Positions 47,069 to 56,759 of a DNA stretch of 64,000 nt are shown in pieces. The notes beneath the pieces are model-generated. The model did no database searches. It was not told the origin of the DNA and saw only the letters and a list, made by a program, of their open reading frames with translations. Made by a program: the position numbers and the translations under genes. Every line of letters starts with the position of its first letter. Position 1 is the first letter of the stretch. The DNA is taken from the IMG/VR virus record IMGVR_UViG_3300014050_000003, positions 32,001 through 96,000 of that record. One strand, written 5' to 3'. The DNA is from a virus.

Positions 47069-47721
47069 ATGTTGAATTAATATCAATTACAAAACCAGAA
47101 ATTAAAGGTATAAAAAACGCAGAAGATTTAGTCGCATTTTGTGCTAGAGTTAGTAATCCATCTAACCAAATGAATGTAGAAACCGCGCCCAAACTTTTGA
47201 AATTTTTAATCAATCATAAACATTGGAGTCCATTTGAATTAGTTGATATGTGCGTTGAGATTAAAACCAGTCGCGGGATTGCAGCGCAAATTCTTAGACA
47301 TAGATCATTTAGTTTTCAAGAATTTAGTCAAAGATATAGTGTTGCAAATGAATTTGAAGATATTGAATTGCGATTACAAGGAGACAAAAATAGACAAGTA
47401 GGAGAAAATCTGATGCCAACAAATACAGATGCATACGAGAAAGTTAATGAACTTCTTATAGAATCCTTATCGCTTTCTCAGCATTGTTATGATACAATGA
47501 TAGAAAATGGAGTAGCTAAAGAAGTAGCAAGAATGATATTACCATTAACAACTCAAACAACTATGTATATGAAAGGCTCTTTAAGAAGTTGGATTCATTA
47601 TATTCAATTAAGGACGGAGCAAAATACTCAAAAAGAACATAGAATTATAGCTGAAAAATGCAAAAAGATTTTTGTAAAAGAATTCCCAACTATAAGCGAG
47701 GCATTAGAATGGAAGAAATAA
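47065..47721 (+). CDS. thyX: Flavin-dependent thymidylate synthase
   Basis: HWSPFE, QILRHRSFSFQEFSQRY, RSWIHY, TQKEH. Confidence 0.95.
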   Translation: MNVELISITKPEIKGIKNAEDLVAFCARVSNPSNQMNVETAPKLLKFLINHKHWSPFELVDMCVEIKTSRGIAAQILRHRSFSFQEFSQRYSVANEFEDIELRLQGDKNRQVGENLMPTNTDAYEKVNELLIESLSLSQHCYDTMIENGVAKEVARMILPLTTQTTMYMKGSLRSWIHYIQLRTEQNTQKEHRIIAEKCKKIFVKEFPTISEALEWKK

Positions 47722-48614
47722 GCGTATACCAAGTCCTTACAGACCTTGGTTATCAGTTAAAAGATTGCGGTAAAGAATTTAGAGCTAAACCTCTTTATAG
47801 AGATAGTGATAATGATACAGTTTTAAGAATCTATAAAGATACAGGTAATTGGGTGGATTTTAAAGAAAACATAAGCGGAGATATTAATTCATTAGTTAAT
47901 TTAACATTAAAATTAGAAAGCCCAATTAAAGCTCAAGAATGGTTAAAGAATAAAAATTTTGTAATTACTCCTTCAATTCAAAATCAAAAACCTGTAATAA
48001 AATCAACCAAAAAATTTGATCCATCGCTATTATTAAAACTAGAAAACGATCAATCATATTGGGTTAAAAGAAAAATAAACAAAGACACTTTATATGAATT
48101 TAAAGGTGGAGTAGCCAAAGCTGGCAAAATGAAGAATAGATATGTATTCCCTATATTTGACATCAATAATAATATTATAGGATTTTCTGGCAGAGACGTT
48201 ACCAACAAATCTAAAATTAAATGGAAACATTTGGGAGAAAAAAACGATTTCCTTTATCCATTATTTCTTAATTCAAAAAATATCCAAGATCAAAAAGAAG
48301 TTATTCTAGTAGAAAGTATTGGAGACATGTTGAGTTTATGGCAAGCTGGAATTAAAAATGTTTTGGTGACTTTTGGAACAAACTTAAGTTTAGGTATTTT
48401 AAATTATTGTTTAAAAACAGATATGAAAAAAATATTTATCAGTTTAAATAATGATTCAGCAAAAAATATGGCTGGAAATATAGGAGCAGAAAAAGCCGAA
48501 GCTAGATTATCTAGATACTTCGATAAAAATCAATTAATTATTGCTTTGCCAAATAAAAAAGATTTTGGTGAAATGTCAATAGAAGAAATTTTACAATGGA
48601 AACAAAACCTTTAA
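47709..48614 (+). CDS. DNA primase (DnaG-type TOPRIM)
   Basis: RYVFPI, GFSGR, LVESIGD, NND, KDFGEM; start refined to 47709. Confidence 0.82.
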   Translation: MEEISVYQVLTDLGYQLKDCGKEFRAKPLYRDSDNDTVLRIYKDTGNWVDFKENISGDINSLVNLTLKLESPIKAQEWLKNKNFVITPSIQNQKPVIKSTKKFDPSLLLKLENDQSYWVKRKINKDTLYEFKGGVAKAGKMKNRYVFPIFDINNNIIGFSGRDVTNKSKIKWKHLGEKNDFLYPLFLNSKNIQDQKEVILVESIGDMLSLWQAGIKNVLVTFGTNLSLGILNYCLKTDMKKIFISLNNDSAKNMAGNIGAEKAEARLSRYFDKNQLIIALPNKKDFGEMSIEEILQWKQNL

Positions 48615-49576
48615 AAACATTATCCGCTTCTAGAATTAAAACTCTTGAGACTTGCTCTTGGGTTTATTGGAATAATTATCATACTAAAGTTCCACAAAGT
48701 CAAAATGATGGGGCTTTAAGAGGAACAATATGTCATACAGTTTTTGAATTATTATTAAATAAAAGACATCTTAAAAACTATAAAAAGATAATAAAAAAGA
48801 ATGCCATTAGTGGTGATAAAGCAATAAATAGATTAGTTAAAAAATTATCAGTAAAAGTTGGGCTTGATGAAAGTAATTATAAATTATTAAATGATATGAT
48901 TTTAGTTGGTCTTAAAAATGACTTCTTTGGAGAAGGCGGAGAAATAGTAAAACCAGAATATGACTTTGATATTATAAATGAAGAGCCCAAATATCATATC
49001 AAGGGGTTTATAGATAAGCCTATTAAAATCAAAAAAGAAATGCATATAATTGACTACAAAAGCTCTAAATATAAGTTTAGAGGTGATGACCTTGAAGCCA
49101 ATATCCAAGCCATGATGTATAGTCTAGCTAGTAAAAAGTTATGGCCAAAATTAAAGCCTATTGTTAAATTCTTATTTTTAAGATTTCCAAAACAACCAAT
49201 ACAAGAATTATCTTTTGATGATAATGAAATTAAAGGATTTGAACATTATTTAGAGCATATTAATCAATATGTTGATAATTTTGATGAAAATTCAGCCCAA
49301 GCAAATTTCGCAATAGATAATCCAAAAAATAAATGGATGTGTCAAGTTGGTGGATGGAAATGCCCATATAAAGATCCTTATGAATATTACGTTAAATTAA
49401 ATGATAAAAATGAAATAATAGAGTCAAGTTTAAATGGAAAATTCAAAAATATTGAAGGATTTAAAGTGGAAAAAAGAGTTTATCAAGGATGCCCAAAATT
49501 TAATAATAGTAATAATCAAAAAGATGATTTTTTAGAAGAAAATACTACTAAAGCAAAGGACGATTTTTTAGGTTGA
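48596..49576 (+). CDS. PD-(D/E)XK exonuclease (RecB/AddB/Cas4-like)
   Basis: LSASRI...C, GTICH, GFIDK, IIDYKSS, Q...Y, C-terminal Cys residues. Confidence 0.78.
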   Translation: METKPLKTLSASRIKTLETCSWVYWNNYHTKVPQSQNDGALRGTICHTVFELLLNKRHLKNYKKIIKKNAISGDKAINRLVKKLSVKVGLDESNYKLLNDMILVGLKNDFFGEGGEIVKPEYDFDIINEEPKYHIKGFIDKPIKIKKEMHIIDYKSSKYKFRGDDLEANIQAMMYSLASKKLWPKLKPIVKFLFLRFPKQPIQELSFDDNEIKGFEHYLEHINQYVDNFDENSAQANFAIDNPKNKWMCQVGGWKCPYKDPYEYYVKLNDKNEIIESSLNGKFKNIEGFKVEKRVYQGCPKFNNSNNQKDDFLEENTTKAKDDFLG

Positions 49577-49601
49577 TTTTAAATTAAAAGTTTGTTATAT
49601 T
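49573..49601 (+). promoter_or_regulatory. Sigma70-type promoter
   Basis: TTGATT-N17-TATATT, ATG 7 nt downstream. Confidence 0.5.
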
Positions 49602-49608
49602 ACTGTTA

Positions 49609-50364
49609 ATGATTCCGTTATTTAAATCTCATTATTCTCTAGGAAGGTCTATTTTAACTCTAGAAGATAAATCAGAAGTTGACGATTATCCAGATTCAAT
49701 TATTCAAATAGCCAAAGAAAATAAACTTAAAGAATTATTCTTAGTAGAAGATAACATGTCTTCATTTTTGGAAGCCTATACAAATACAAGAAATAATAAT
49801 ATTAAACTTAATTATGGCTTAAGAATTACTATAACAGAATCAATTGAAGATAAAAGTGAAGAATCTAGATCAAAAAATTCTAAAGTTATTATATTTTTTA
49901 AAAATAACGAAGGATATAGCCTTTTAACTAAACTTTATAGCAAAGCCTCAAAAGAAGGTTTTTATTATGAACCTAGGCTTGATTATAAGATATTAGCAGA
50001 AAATTGGACTAATGATCTTTTATTATGCATACCATTTTATGATTCATTTATTTATAATAATACTTTAAAGAACTTTATTTGTGTACCTAATTTCTCATTT
50101 ACAAAACCAATAGTATTTATAGAAAATAATGATTTACCATTTGATCTTATAGTAAAAAACAAAATGCTTAACTTCATAAAAGAAAACAACTTAGAAGTTT
50201 TTAATGTTAAGAGTATTTATTATAAAAATAAAAAGGATTTTAAATCTTATTTAACTTTTAGATGCATCAATAATAGAACGACTTTAAATAAACCAGAAAT
50301 AGAACATATGTCTAGCGATTCGTTTTCTTTTGAAGAATGGAAAAATTTATGCAAACTCAAATAA
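49609..50364 (+). CDS. Stand-alone PHP domain (N-terminal part of DNA polymerase III alpha)
   Basis: SHYSLGRSIL, KNNEGYSLLTKLYS, GFYYEPRLD. Confidence 0.75.
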   Translation: MIPLFKSHYSLGRSILTLEDKSEVDDYPDSIIQIAKENKLKELFLVEDNMSSFLEAYTNTRNNNIKLNYGLRITITESIEDKSEESRSKNSKVIIFFKNNEGYSLLTKLYSKASKEGFYYEPRLDYKILAENWTNDLLLCIPFYDSFIYNNTLKNFICVPNFSFTKPIVFIENNDLPFDLIVKNKMLNFIKENNLEVFNVKSIYYKNKKDFKSYLTFRCINNRTTLNKPEIEHMSSDSFSFEEWKNLCKLK

Positions 50365-50831
50365 ATAAAATTGTTTTATCTAAAGAAGAAGCTCTTGAAG
50401 CTGCTATCATGGGTGTTAAAAGAAGAATGACTAACGTTTTTAGAGAACTAAATGATTTGTCTCACCATGGGTCACCAATAGGTGGTAATTGGTGGTCAAA
50501 TGATATTGAAGCAGCTGGAGCAGAATTAGCTTTCGCAAAATTTATTGGTGAAGATTGGGTAGGAGCAGTAAATACTTTTAATGCTCCAGACGTAGGCCAA
50601 GATTGGCAAGTTAGATATACAAATATAGATTATGGATCTTTGATCTTAAGAAAAAAAGATAAAGTTAAATTAAAACAAAAATTTGTATTAGTAACTGGAT
50701 CAATGCCGATTTATAATATAAAAGGTTACATCATAGGAACAGATGGAATTCAAGAAAGATTTTTGAAAAATCCTAATAACGGAGAACCAGCATGGTTTAT
50801 ACCTCAAAGAGAATTATTGAAATTTAATTAA
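50349..50831 (+). CDS. Hypothetical phage protein (possible restriction-endonuclease fold)
   Basis: GAELAFAK...PDVG..WQVR; start refined to 50349. Confidence 0.5.
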   Translation: MQTQINKIVLSKEEALEAAIMGVKRRMTNVFRELNDLSHHGSPIGGNWWSNDIEAAGAELAFAKFIGEDWVGAVNTFNAPDVGQDWQVRYTNIDYGSLILRKKDKVKLKQKFVLVTGSMPIYNIKGYIIGTDGIQERFLKNPNNGEPAWFIPQRELLKFN

Positions 50832-50832
50832 T

Positions 50833-51471
50833 ATGGACGAACACTTACTTAGATATAATAAAAATAAAACCTTAGTATTTATTGATTGCGAGACGTTAAA
50901 TCTCTGCCTTAATTTTTGTCATAATTTACCTTGGCAAATTGCTATGATTAAAGTTAAAGGCGACCAAAAAGTTGATGAAAAAAACTTTTATATAAAATGG
51001 GATACAAATTTAAAAATAAGTGATGCTGCGGCTTATGTAACTAGATATGATCATAAGAAAATTTTAAGAGATGGCCTAGATCCAAAAGAAGTTTTCCCAA
51101 CAATCAAAGATTGGCTCGATAATGCAGATTATATTGTTGGGCATAATATTTTAGGTTTTGATGTTTATATTATTAAAGAATACTATAAATACATGGGATG
51201 CAATTGGCAACATCTTATACCAAAGTTTATAGATACAAATACTTTAGCAAGAGGTATAAAATATAATATGCCTTTTTCTAATAAAGATAATTTAACAGAA
51301 TATCAATATAAAATTTTTCATACAAGAAAAAAGAATGTTAAAAGTTCTTTAACTTTCTTAGGCAAAGAGAATGGAATAGATCATGATTATGATCAACTTC
51401 ACGATGCAATAAATGATCTTGACTTAAATTTAAAAGTATGGAATAAATTGAAATGGCAAGTAGAGGTATAA
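50833..51471 (+). CDS. DEDDh 3'-5' exonuclease (DnaQ/epsilon-like)
   Basis: IDCET, GHNILGFD, IDT, HDAIND. Confidence 0.85.
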   Translation: MDEHLLRYNKNKTLVFIDCETLNLCLNFCHNLPWQIAMIKVKGDQKVDEKNFYIKWDTNLKISDAAAYVTRYDHKKILRDGLDPKEVFPTIKDWLDNADYIVGHNILGFDVYIIKEYYKYMGCNWQHLIPKFIDTNTLARGIKYNMPFSNKDNLTEYQYKIFHTRKKNVKSSLTFLGKENGIDHDYDQLHDAINDLDLNLKVWNKLKWQVEV

Positions 51472-51474
51472 TAT

Positions 51475-51693
51475 ATGGCTTCAATGGATGATATTTATGA
51501 TATGGTACAAAAATTAGATGATTCTAATACAGAATATCTTTTAATAACAATCCAAAAGGGAAAAAAGAATGGTAAAGCTGATGTTTTTTATTCTTTAAAA
51601 GATAGAAAATCAATGAAGATTTTGGCAAGCGGTTTAGACATTTTTAATCAAGAAATTGATAAAATTAATGATGAAATGGATGAAAATGATTAA
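51475..51693 (+). CDS. Small acidic hypothetical protein
   Basis: ORF track; operon position. Confidence 0.6.
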   Translation: MASMDDIYDMVQKLDDSNTEYLLITIQKGKKNGKADVFYSLKDRKSMKILASGLDIFNQEIDKINDEMDEND

Positions 51694-54265
51694 TTTTCTA
51701 GAAGACAAACAGTTTTCCTCAAAGTTTGATAATGTGGATTTAGGTCTGCATGGAGTTAGATTGCCAGAATTTTTAATTGATTCAGCAGCAAAAAGACATT
51801 TAAATATAAGTGAAGACTCTTCAAATTACGACTTTTTAAGGGCTTTATCTTTAAATGGATTTAAAAATTTAAAGATAGATAAAAATTCTCCAGAATATAA
51901 AAAATATGTAGATCGAGCTAAATATGAATTGGATACATTAAAAGAACTGGGTTTTATTGATTATATTTTATTGGTTTGGGACGTTATTAATTTTTGTAAA
52001 ACAAATAATATTCCAGTTGGTCTTGGTAGAGGCTCTGCGGCTGGATCTCTTATTCTTTATCTTGTAGGAGTAACTAGAATTGATCCAGTTAAATATGATC
52101 TTTATTTTGAAAGATTTATATCTAAGATTCGCGCTAAAAAGCAAGTTATTGATGGAATAACATATTTGGATGGCAGTTTAATGTGTGATGTTGATTTGGA
52201 TATTTGTTATTATAATCGTCATAAAGTTCTAGAATATCTTGAAGGGAAATTTAAAGGTAAAACGAGTAAAATTTTAACTCTTAATACTCTTAGTGGAAAA
52301 TTACTTATTAAAGAATGCGGTAAAATCATAAGTGAAAAAACAGAAGAAGAAATGACTAATACTTCTTCACTTATACCTAAATTGTACGGACAAGTAAAAG
52401 ATATCACTAGCGCATATGAGGAAGTTCCCAAATTTAAAGAATGGTGTGACGAAAATAAAGAAGTTTATGAAATAGCTTTGAAACTAAGAGATCTTATTAA
52501 AAATAAAGGCGTTCATCCTTCTGGAGTTTTATTATCATACCATGATTTAGATAAAGTTTGTCCAACTGAGTTTTCAAGTGATAAAGAAGCAGTTTCAAGT
52601 TTTGATATGAATTGGGTTAGTTTATTTAATATTAAACTTGATATTTTAGGTTTAAGAAGCGTATCCGTAGTACATGACGTATGCAAAAGCATTGGTATTA
52701 ATATTGAAGATATTGATTTAAATCATGAATCTATTTATAGAACTTTACAAGATTTGAAGTCTCCGCACGGATTATTTCAAATTGAAGCAGATACTAATTT
52801 TAGAGTTTGTCAAAAAGTTAAGCCTAAGAATTTAGAAGAGCTGAGTGGAGTTTTGGCGCTAGCCCGACCTGGGGCTTTGCAGTTTGTTGATAAATATGCA
52901 GCTCATACTAATTTCCAACAGTCCGAAAGTATCCATCCATTATTTGATGATATTTTAAAAGAAACTGGTGGAGTAGCGTTATATCAAGAGCAATTAATGA
53001 AAATGGCTCATAAAATTGGGTTTACTCTAGATGAAGCAGAAATTTTGAGAAGAATTGTGGGTAAAAAGAAAACTGAAGAGATCAAAACTTGGAAAAAGAA
53101 AATTGAATCTAAAATAAAAGAAAATAAACTTCCAAAAGAAGTAGGAGAAATTTTATGGAAGATTCTAGAAGACTCGGCTAATTATTCATTCAATAAATCA
53201 CATTCAATTGCTTATGCTGCTTTGGCCGCTATTACAGTTTATTTAAAATTCAATCATCCTCAACAATTCTTTTTGTCTTTGCTGAAGATGACAAGAAATG
53301 AACCAGATCCAATTGGAGAAATATCTAAGATTCAAAAGGAGATGGGACACTTTAATATTAAATTATTAAAACCTCATATCATTAAATCTGAAATGGATTT
53401 CTCTCTAGAAGGAGATGATATTAGATTCGGATTGCTTTCTGTAAAAGGTATTTCGGATAAATCTATTGAAAAACTAAATAGCTTTAGAAATAAATATTCT
53501 AATAAATTTGAAATATTTCAAGCCGCAGAAGAAGCGGATTTAAATATTGGAGTATTATGTTCATTAATTCAAGCTGGAGCGTTAACTGGATTTAAACAAA
53601 GCAGAAGCAAGATTGTCTTAGAAGCTCAATTATGGAACATCTTAACTGCAAAAGAAAAGAAATATGTAATATCTTTTGCTGAAAAATTTGATTTTGATTT
53701 AATACGAATTATCAAACATCTTAATAAATTCACAGATGAAAAGAATAAAGTTATTATAAAGTCCACTAGATTAGAAACAATTAAAAAGAAATATGAACCA
53801 TACTTAAAAATATATAATCAAAATAATAAAAGTGAAAGTTTTGCTAATTGGTATTATGAGAAAAAGCTTTTGGGTTATAGTTATGAAAGAACATTAAAAG
53901 ATATCTTTTCAGAAAAAAGAGAAGATTTAGAATATATTAATACTATTCAAGATTTATCACTTAATCAAAAAGCTGTATTAATTGGCCAAGTAGAGGAAAC
54001 CTATTCTGGAACATCTAAAAATGAAAAGAAAACTAAATATTTTAGGCTAAAGGTGGCGGATGAAACTGGATTAGCTACAGTGCTTTTATTTAATGATAAA
54101 ATTGAAAATTGTAAAAATCTTAATGGTGGTAAAAATCCAGAAGAAGGAAATATTGTAATAGTTAAAGGCATTAAAAAAGAAGATTGTATATTTGCTGATT
54201 TAGTAGCTATTCAAGACCATGAAATATATATGAAATTAAGTGAAATAAAAAAGGTTGACATTTAA
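51686..54265 (+). CDS. dnaE: DNA polymerase III alpha core lacking the PHP domain
   Basis: GRGSAAGSL, FERF, DVDLD, HPSGV, KLDILGL, RPG, YQEQ, YSFNKSHS, C-terminal OB fold; start refined to 51686. Confidence 0.92.
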   Translation: MINFLEDKQFSSKFDNVDLGLHGVRLPEFLIDSAAKRHLNISEDSSNYDFLRALSLNGFKNLKIDKNSPEYKKYVDRAKYELDTLKELGFIDYILLVWDVINFCKTNNIPVGLGRGSAAGSLILYLVGVTRIDPVKYDLYFERFISKIRAKKQVIDGITYLDGSLMCDVDLDICYYNRHKVLEYLEGKFKGKTSKILTLNTLSGKLLIKECGKIISEKTEEEMTNTSSLIPKLYGQVKDITSAYEEVPKFKEWCDENKEVYEIALKLRDLIKNKGVHPSGVLLSYHDLDKVCPTEFSSDKEAVSSFDMNWVSLFNIKLDILGLRSVSVVHDVCKSIGINIEDIDLNHESIYRTLQDLKSPHGLFQIEADTNFRVCQKVKPKNLEELSGVLALARPGALQFVDKYAAHTNFQQSESIHPLFDDILKETGGVALYQEQLMKMAHKIGFTLDEAEILRRIVGKKKTEEIKTWKKKIESKIKENKLPKEVGEILWKILEDSANYSFNKSHSIAYAALAAITVYLKFNHPQQFFLSLLKMTRNEPDPIGEISKIQKEMGHFNIKLLKPHIIKSEMDFSLEGDDIRFGLLSVKGISDKSIEKLNSFRNKYSNKFEIFQAAEEADLNIGVLCSLIQAGALTGFKQSRSKIVLEAQLWNILTAKEKKYVISFAEKFDFDLIRIIKHLNKFTDEKNKVIIKSTRLETIKKKYEPYLKIYNQNNKSESFANWYYEKKLLGYSYERTLKDIFSEKREDLEYINTIQDLSLNQKAVLIGQVEETYSGTSKNEKKTKYFRLKVADETGLATVLLFNDKIENCKNLNGGKNPEEGNIVIVKGIKKEDCIFADLVAIQDHEIYMKLSEIKKVDI

Positions 54266-54283
54266 TTAAATATAATATATCAT
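54255..54283 (+). promoter_or_regulatory. Sigma70-type promoter
   Basis: TTGACA-N17-TATCAT, ATG 7 nt downstream. Confidence 0.65.
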
Positions 54284-54290
54284 TCATAAT

Positions 54291-54833
54291 ATGATTACAT
54301 ATTATAAACCAAACAGTAAAAATACAGGTACAGCTTGTAGCTTCTCGGTAAATGCAAAAGATAGCTCGATTTGGAGTTCATTAATTAAACAAAGTTCTTG
54401 GAATGAGTCAAAGAAGATAGGCTCATTTTCAGACAACCAAAATAATCCTAATAAAAGCGTAAAAATTAAATTTTCATTAACAGAAGCGGCTGGAATTCTA
54501 GACGCAATTGAAAGAAATGCAGAGTTTTCAGCTTATCATACCTCAGAAAAACAAACTACCCAAATTAAATTCGCTCCCTATATTAGAGATGAAAAGCAAG
54601 TAGGATTTTCATATATGGTATCAAAATCAGATAAGCAAAATAGCGAAAATAAGCAATCTTATCTAATTGGACTATATTTTAGTGAAGCAAGACTATTAAA
54701 ACAATTCTTAGGTTATGCCTTAGATTCGGTTTTTGAATCTCAAAGAATTGAAATGATTAAAAAATTAAAAAATAATCCTAAAGAAACCAAAGAAAAAGAA
54801 ACAACTACAGAAGAAGACAGCGAACTTTGGTAG
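54291..54833 (+). CDS. Hypothetical protein, possible Whirly/PC4-like ssDNA-binding protein
   Basis: Two beta-beta-beta-helix-like halves (FSLTEA, FSEA); acidic tail EEDSELW; follows dnaE. Confidence 0.45.
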   Translation: MITYYKPNSKNTGTACSFSVNAKDSSIWSSLIKQSSWNESKKIGSFSDNQNNPNKSVKIKFSLTEAAGILDAIERNAEFSAYHTSEKQTTQIKFAPYIRDEKQVGFSYMVSKSDKQNSENKQSYLIGLYFSEARLLKQFLGYALDSVFESQRIEMIKKLKNNPKETKEKETTTEEDSELW

Positions 54834-54837
54834 TTGA

Positions 54838-56748
54838 ATGAAGAAAAAAAAGATATTGTATCAATCTGATTTTGCTTTAGCGAAAACTGGATTCGCTAAA
54901 ATTGCTAAAAATTTACTAACATATTTATATAATACTGGTAAATATGATATTGTACAATATTGTTGTGGATTACAATATTCTAATCCAGAGCTCAAAAGAA
55001 CTCCCTGGAAATGCATAGGAACTCTGCCAGATAATCAACAAGAAATACAAGAATTAAATAAAGATCCTAATAACGCTAGATCTGCCAGTTATGGCGCTTA
55101 TCTCTTAGATAGAGTTATTAATGAAGAAAAACCAGATGTATATATTGCAGCGCAAGATATTTGGGGAATAGATTTTGCAATAGAAAAGAAATGGTTTGAT
55201 AAAATTGGATCAGTTTTATGGACCACATTAGATTCTTTACCTATTTTACCTACGGCGCTTCAAAAGGCTCCTAGAATTAAAAATTATTGGATTTGGAGTG
55301 ATTTTGCCACAAAAGAATTACATAGATTAGGACATCCTCATGTAAAAACTGTTCACGGTCCTCTTGATACAACTAACTTTTTTAAACTTGATGACTTTAA
55401 AAGAAAAGAACTTAGAAAAAAATTTAATATAGAAGAAGACGCATTTATAATTGGGTTCGTATTCAGAAATCAATTAAGGAAAAGCGTTCCAAATTTATTA
55501 GAAGGTTACGCTTTATGGAAAAAAGAAAATCCGCAAGTTAAAAGTTATTTACTTTTACATACTCATTGGGGCGAAGGATGGAATATACATAAATTAGCAG
55601 ACGAATATGGGATAGATAAAAGAGAAATTTTAACAACATATATTTGCAAAAATTGTTTGCAATATGAAATAAAACCTTTTTATGGACATGATTTAAATTG
55701 TAGATTTTGTGGTTCTGAAAAATCTCAGATAACTTCAAATGTATCAATTGGGGTCGATGAAAATCAACTTAATGAAATATATAATTTAATGGACGTATAT
55801 TGTCATCCTTTTACTAGCGGTGGACAAGAAATTCCTATTCAAGAAGCTAAACTTGCAGAATTAATTACATTAGTAACAAATTATAGTTGTGGAGAAGATA
55901 TGTGCGTAGATGGAGCCGCAACTCTTCCATTAGAATGGTTTGAATATAGAGAACATGGAACAGAATTTAAAAAAGCTTCAACAAATCCAAAATCAATTGC
56001 AGAAAATTTAAATAAAGTTTTCAAAATGAGCTCACAAGAAAAAATTGACTTTGGCAAACAAGCAAGAGAATGGACTATCAAAAATTACTCTATAGAAAAC
56101 ATAGGTAAAATTTTTGAATCATTTATAGATAATACTCCAGAGGCTAATTTTAATTCAATAGAAAACGAAGAACTTAGAGATCCATTTTGTCAAATACCAA
56201 TTATAGAAGATAATGCTGAATGGTTGATTTTTATGTATCATAATATTTTAAAAATGAAAAATGTTGATCGAAATGATAGTGGACATCAATACTGGATGCA
56301 AGAGTTAGAAAAAGGAATGAAAAGAGAAGATATAGAAAACTATTTTAGACAAGTTGCTATCAAAGAAAACCAACAAATGAAAAAAGTAGATTTTCAAGAT
56401 ATTTTAGACAAAGACGATGAAGGTAAAAGAATGATTTATGTAATTCCAGAGTCAGCAGAAGATGTATTTTTATCTACAAGCCTTTTCAAGAATATTAAAA
56501 AACAATATCCAGATTATAAATTATACGTTGCAACAAAAGAAGAGTATTTTTCTATATTAAAAGGTAATAAATATGTTGATAAAATCATTCAATATTTTCC
56601 TCAAATGGATCAATTATTTTGGCTAGAAGGGATTGGCGATCATAAAGGGTTTTTTGAAATAGCATTTTTACCTTATTTAGGTACGCAAAGAATGATAGAT
56701 TATACTCATAATGGTAAAACAAAAATAGAATTTGCTTTAAATAATTAA
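54838..56748 (+). CDS. GT4 glycosyltransferase with Zn-ribbon insert, DUF4214-like region and GT9-like N-domain
   Basis: TGFAK, RNQLRK, CKNC...CRFC, GQEIPIQEA; YHNIL...DSGHQYW; EDVFLSTSL...YPD. Confidence 0.75.
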   Translation: MKKKKILYQSDFALAKTGFAKIAKNLLTYLYNTGKYDIVQYCCGLQYSNPELKRTPWKCIGTLPDNQQEIQELNKDPNNARSASYGAYLLDRVINEEKPDVYIAAQDIWGIDFAIEKKWFDKIGSVLWTTLDSLPILPTALQKAPRIKNYWIWSDFATKELHRLGHPHVKTVHGPLDTTNFFKLDDFKRKELRKKFNIEEDAFIIGFVFRNQLRKSVPNLLEGYALWKKENPQVKSYLLLHTHWGEGWNIHKLADEYGIDKREILTTYICKNCLQYEIKPFYGHDLNCRFCGSEKSQITSNVSIGVDENQLNEIYNLMDVYCHPFTSGGQEIPIQEAKLAELITLVTNYSCGEDMCVDGAATLPLEWFEYREHGTEFKKASTNPKSIAENLNKVFKMSSQEKIDFGKQAREWTIKNYSIENIGKIFESFIDNTPEANFNSIENEELRDPFCQIPIIEDNAEWLIFMYHNILKMKNVDRNDSGHQYWMQELEKGMKREDIENYFRQVAIKENQQMKKVDFQDILDKDDEGKRMIYVIPESAEDVFLSTSLFKNIKKQYPDYKLYVATKEEYFSILKGNKYVDKIIQYFPQMDQLFWLEGIGDHKGFFEIAFLPYLGTQRMIDYTHNGKTKIEFALNN

Positions 56749-56759
56749 TAATATTCATT

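Noticed and set aside
49609-54265. Split intein or intron joining the DnaE parts
   Set aside because: No intein N-terminal block or C-terminal HN motif, and the intervening DNA holds ordinary genes
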